A DNA stretch of 64,000 nucleotides, taken from NCBI GenBank assembly GCA_902774795.1, contig CACYKA010000007.1:1338-65337 (forward strand). The letters run 5' to 3'. This DNA comes from an uncultured Prevotellaceae bacterium. Its GTDB lineage: Bacteria > Bacteroidota > Bacteroidia > Bacteroidales > Bacteroidaceae. The notes under the pieces were generated by a model. The model saw nothing but the letters and a program-made list of their open reading frames with translations, was not told the origin of the DNA and did no database searches. The position numbers and the translations under genes were made by a program. Position 1 is the stretch's first letter, and every line of letters begins with the position of its first letter. Shown piece by piece: positions 62,622-64,000 of the stretch.

Positions 62622-64000
62622 TCACTTAATCACTACTTTACGTTCTCCGTTGACATAGATGCCGCTCTGTGCGGGCTTGCCGTCGAGGCGTCGACCGTCG
62701 AGCGAGTACCACCCTGGAGCGGTAGCAAATTCTTCACTCTTCACTCTAAACTCTTCACTTATTGAAATTCCTGTACCTGCCAGGGGCTGCACGTTGAAGT
62801 CCTTCCACTTAGCCGTGGCCTTGTAGGTCTCGACGGCCTCCTCGGGCACGTAGAGGGTGATGTCGCCCAGCTCCAGATACGAGAAAGCCAACATATGTAG
62901 CGTCGGGGGCGTGGTGGCCAGACAGGTGATTTCCGTCAGATTGGGGCAGTTCACAAAGGGTGTCATGCCGATATTGGTGACGCTGGCAGGGATGGTCACG
63001 CTGCGGAGCGACGTGCATCCGAAGAGCAGGGTTGTTGTAACTTCGGTGATGTTCGGGGGCAGGACGATGGACTCCAGTTTCTCGCAAAAGCCGAATGCAG
63101 CTGTCCCGATCTTTGTGATGGACTCCGGGAAACTGACTTTCTGCAGCGAGGTGCAATAGTTGAATGCGGCATCGCAGATGGTGGTGACGCCCTCGGGGAT
63201 GGCAATCGTCAGCAGATGGGGTGCGTAGGTGAATGCGCTTGGGCCGATGGTTTTCACCGGGAAATCCGGGGTGTAGAACTTGGTAGTCTTGCCGGCGGGA
63301 TAGATCAGCAGGGTGTCCTTGTCGGCGGTATAGACCACGCCGTCAGCCGAGCAGTAGGCGGTGTTGGCGGGGTCGATGTTGATTTCGTTCAGCGACGAGG
63401 CCTGATAGAACATACGATACGTAATTTCCGTCACAGAGGCGGGAAGCGTGACCGAAGTAAGGAACGCCAGATACTCGAAGGCTCTTTCATCTATGCTCGT
63501 CACCGTAGCAGGCACGGTGTACGTCTTGCCGGCCATCTTGGCGGGATAGCAGATGAGTCGCGTCTGGGCCTTGTCCATCAGCACGCCGTCGAAGACAGCG
63601 AAGTGTGTGTTGCCCTCGGCCACGGTGACACTCTCCAAGTCGGGACACTCGCCGACGGCATCCCTTCCCATCTCCGTGACGCTGGCGGGGATGTGCAGGT
63701 GTGTCAGGTTATAGGCGGCAAAGGCGGCAGTGCCGATGGTGGTCACGGTCTCCGGAATGTCAACGGTGGTCAGTCCCTTGCATTCGAGAAAGGCATACGG
63801 TCCGATGACGCGCAGCGTCTGCTTCGGCAGCTGCAGCGACGTCAGCGTTGATTGCATGAAGGCCCCTTCGCTGAGTGAGGTCACGGCATAGTCGGTGCCG
63901 TCCTGATTCACGGTGTCGGGCACCACGATGTCACCTTGATACCTGAAACCACTGGGTTCGACGACCTCCGCCGTCTTGTCCTCGCTGTTCAACACATAGT
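62622..64000 (-). CDS. BspA-like LRR_5 surface protein with T9SS-type C-terminal domain (5' end outside window)
   Basis: IPxxVTxIGxxAF repeats and WYSLDGRRL..IYV..KVVIK tail. High GC. Confidence 0.88.
   Translation of the reverse strand, partial: YVLNSEDKTAEVVEPSGFRYQGDIVVPDTVNQDGTDYAVTSLSEGAFMQSTLTSLQLPKQTLRVIGPYAFLECKGLTTVDIPETVTTIGTAAFAAYNLTHLHIPASVTEMGRDAVGECPDLESVTVAEGNTHFAVFDGVLMDKAQTRLICYPAKMAGKTYTVPATVTSIDERAFEYLAFLTSVTLPASVTEITYRMFYQASSLNEINIDPANTAYCSADGVVYTADKDTLLIYPAGKTTKFYTPDFPVKTIGPSAFTYAPHLLTIAIPEGVTTICDAAFNYCTSLQKVSFPESITKIGTAAFGFCEKLESIVLPPNITEVTTTLLFGCTSLRSVTIPASVTNIGMTPFVNCPNLTEITCLATTPPTLHMLAFSYLELGDITLYVPEEAVETYKATAKWKDFNVQPLAGTGISISEEFRVKSEEFATAPGWYSLDGRRLDGKPAQSGIYVNGERKVVIK

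Overview
Chromosomal segment from a Bacteroidota genome, most likely Prevotella or a relative. The call rests on TTTG-N19-21-TAnnTT(T/C)G promoters, EF-G2, a T9SS-type C-terminal tail and DUF4251/DUF4290 genes. Contents in order: the end of an aromatic amino acid operon; a class III Fic gene; a yicC-tsaB-murA-rimM-dxr-rseP-gmk housekeeping run that continues into an envelope-modification cluster; a minus-strand LPS/surface-glycan locus (low-GC glycosyltransferases, Fdt/Qdt-type amino-sugar genes, rfbABCD, gmd, MsbA-like ABC) interrupted by an HU-like gene; amidase-mlaD-dnaA with DnaA boxes on its promoter; ligA; a higBA toxin-antitoxin pair; fusA2; yceD-rpmF-fabH-era; an inverted der block; mdh; a broken ABCG-like transporter; and a partial BspA-like LRR gene. 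No rRNA, tRNA, CRISPR array or transposase was seen. The most unusual signal is non-coding. (1) One GC clamp (AGCCGCCGCGCA...TGCGTCGGCGGC) encloses 14 nt, about 96 nt, or the whole higBA module. (2) A 76-bp insert at the Fic stop codon has an 18-bp duplication and an internal reverse complement of its own target. (3) Hepta-, octa-, 11- and 12-mer arrays sit at gene junctions and often start at stop codons. (4) Palindromes lie in frame in ligA and yicC. Several genes also carry short-homology deletion scars. All calls were made by eye, with no database searches.
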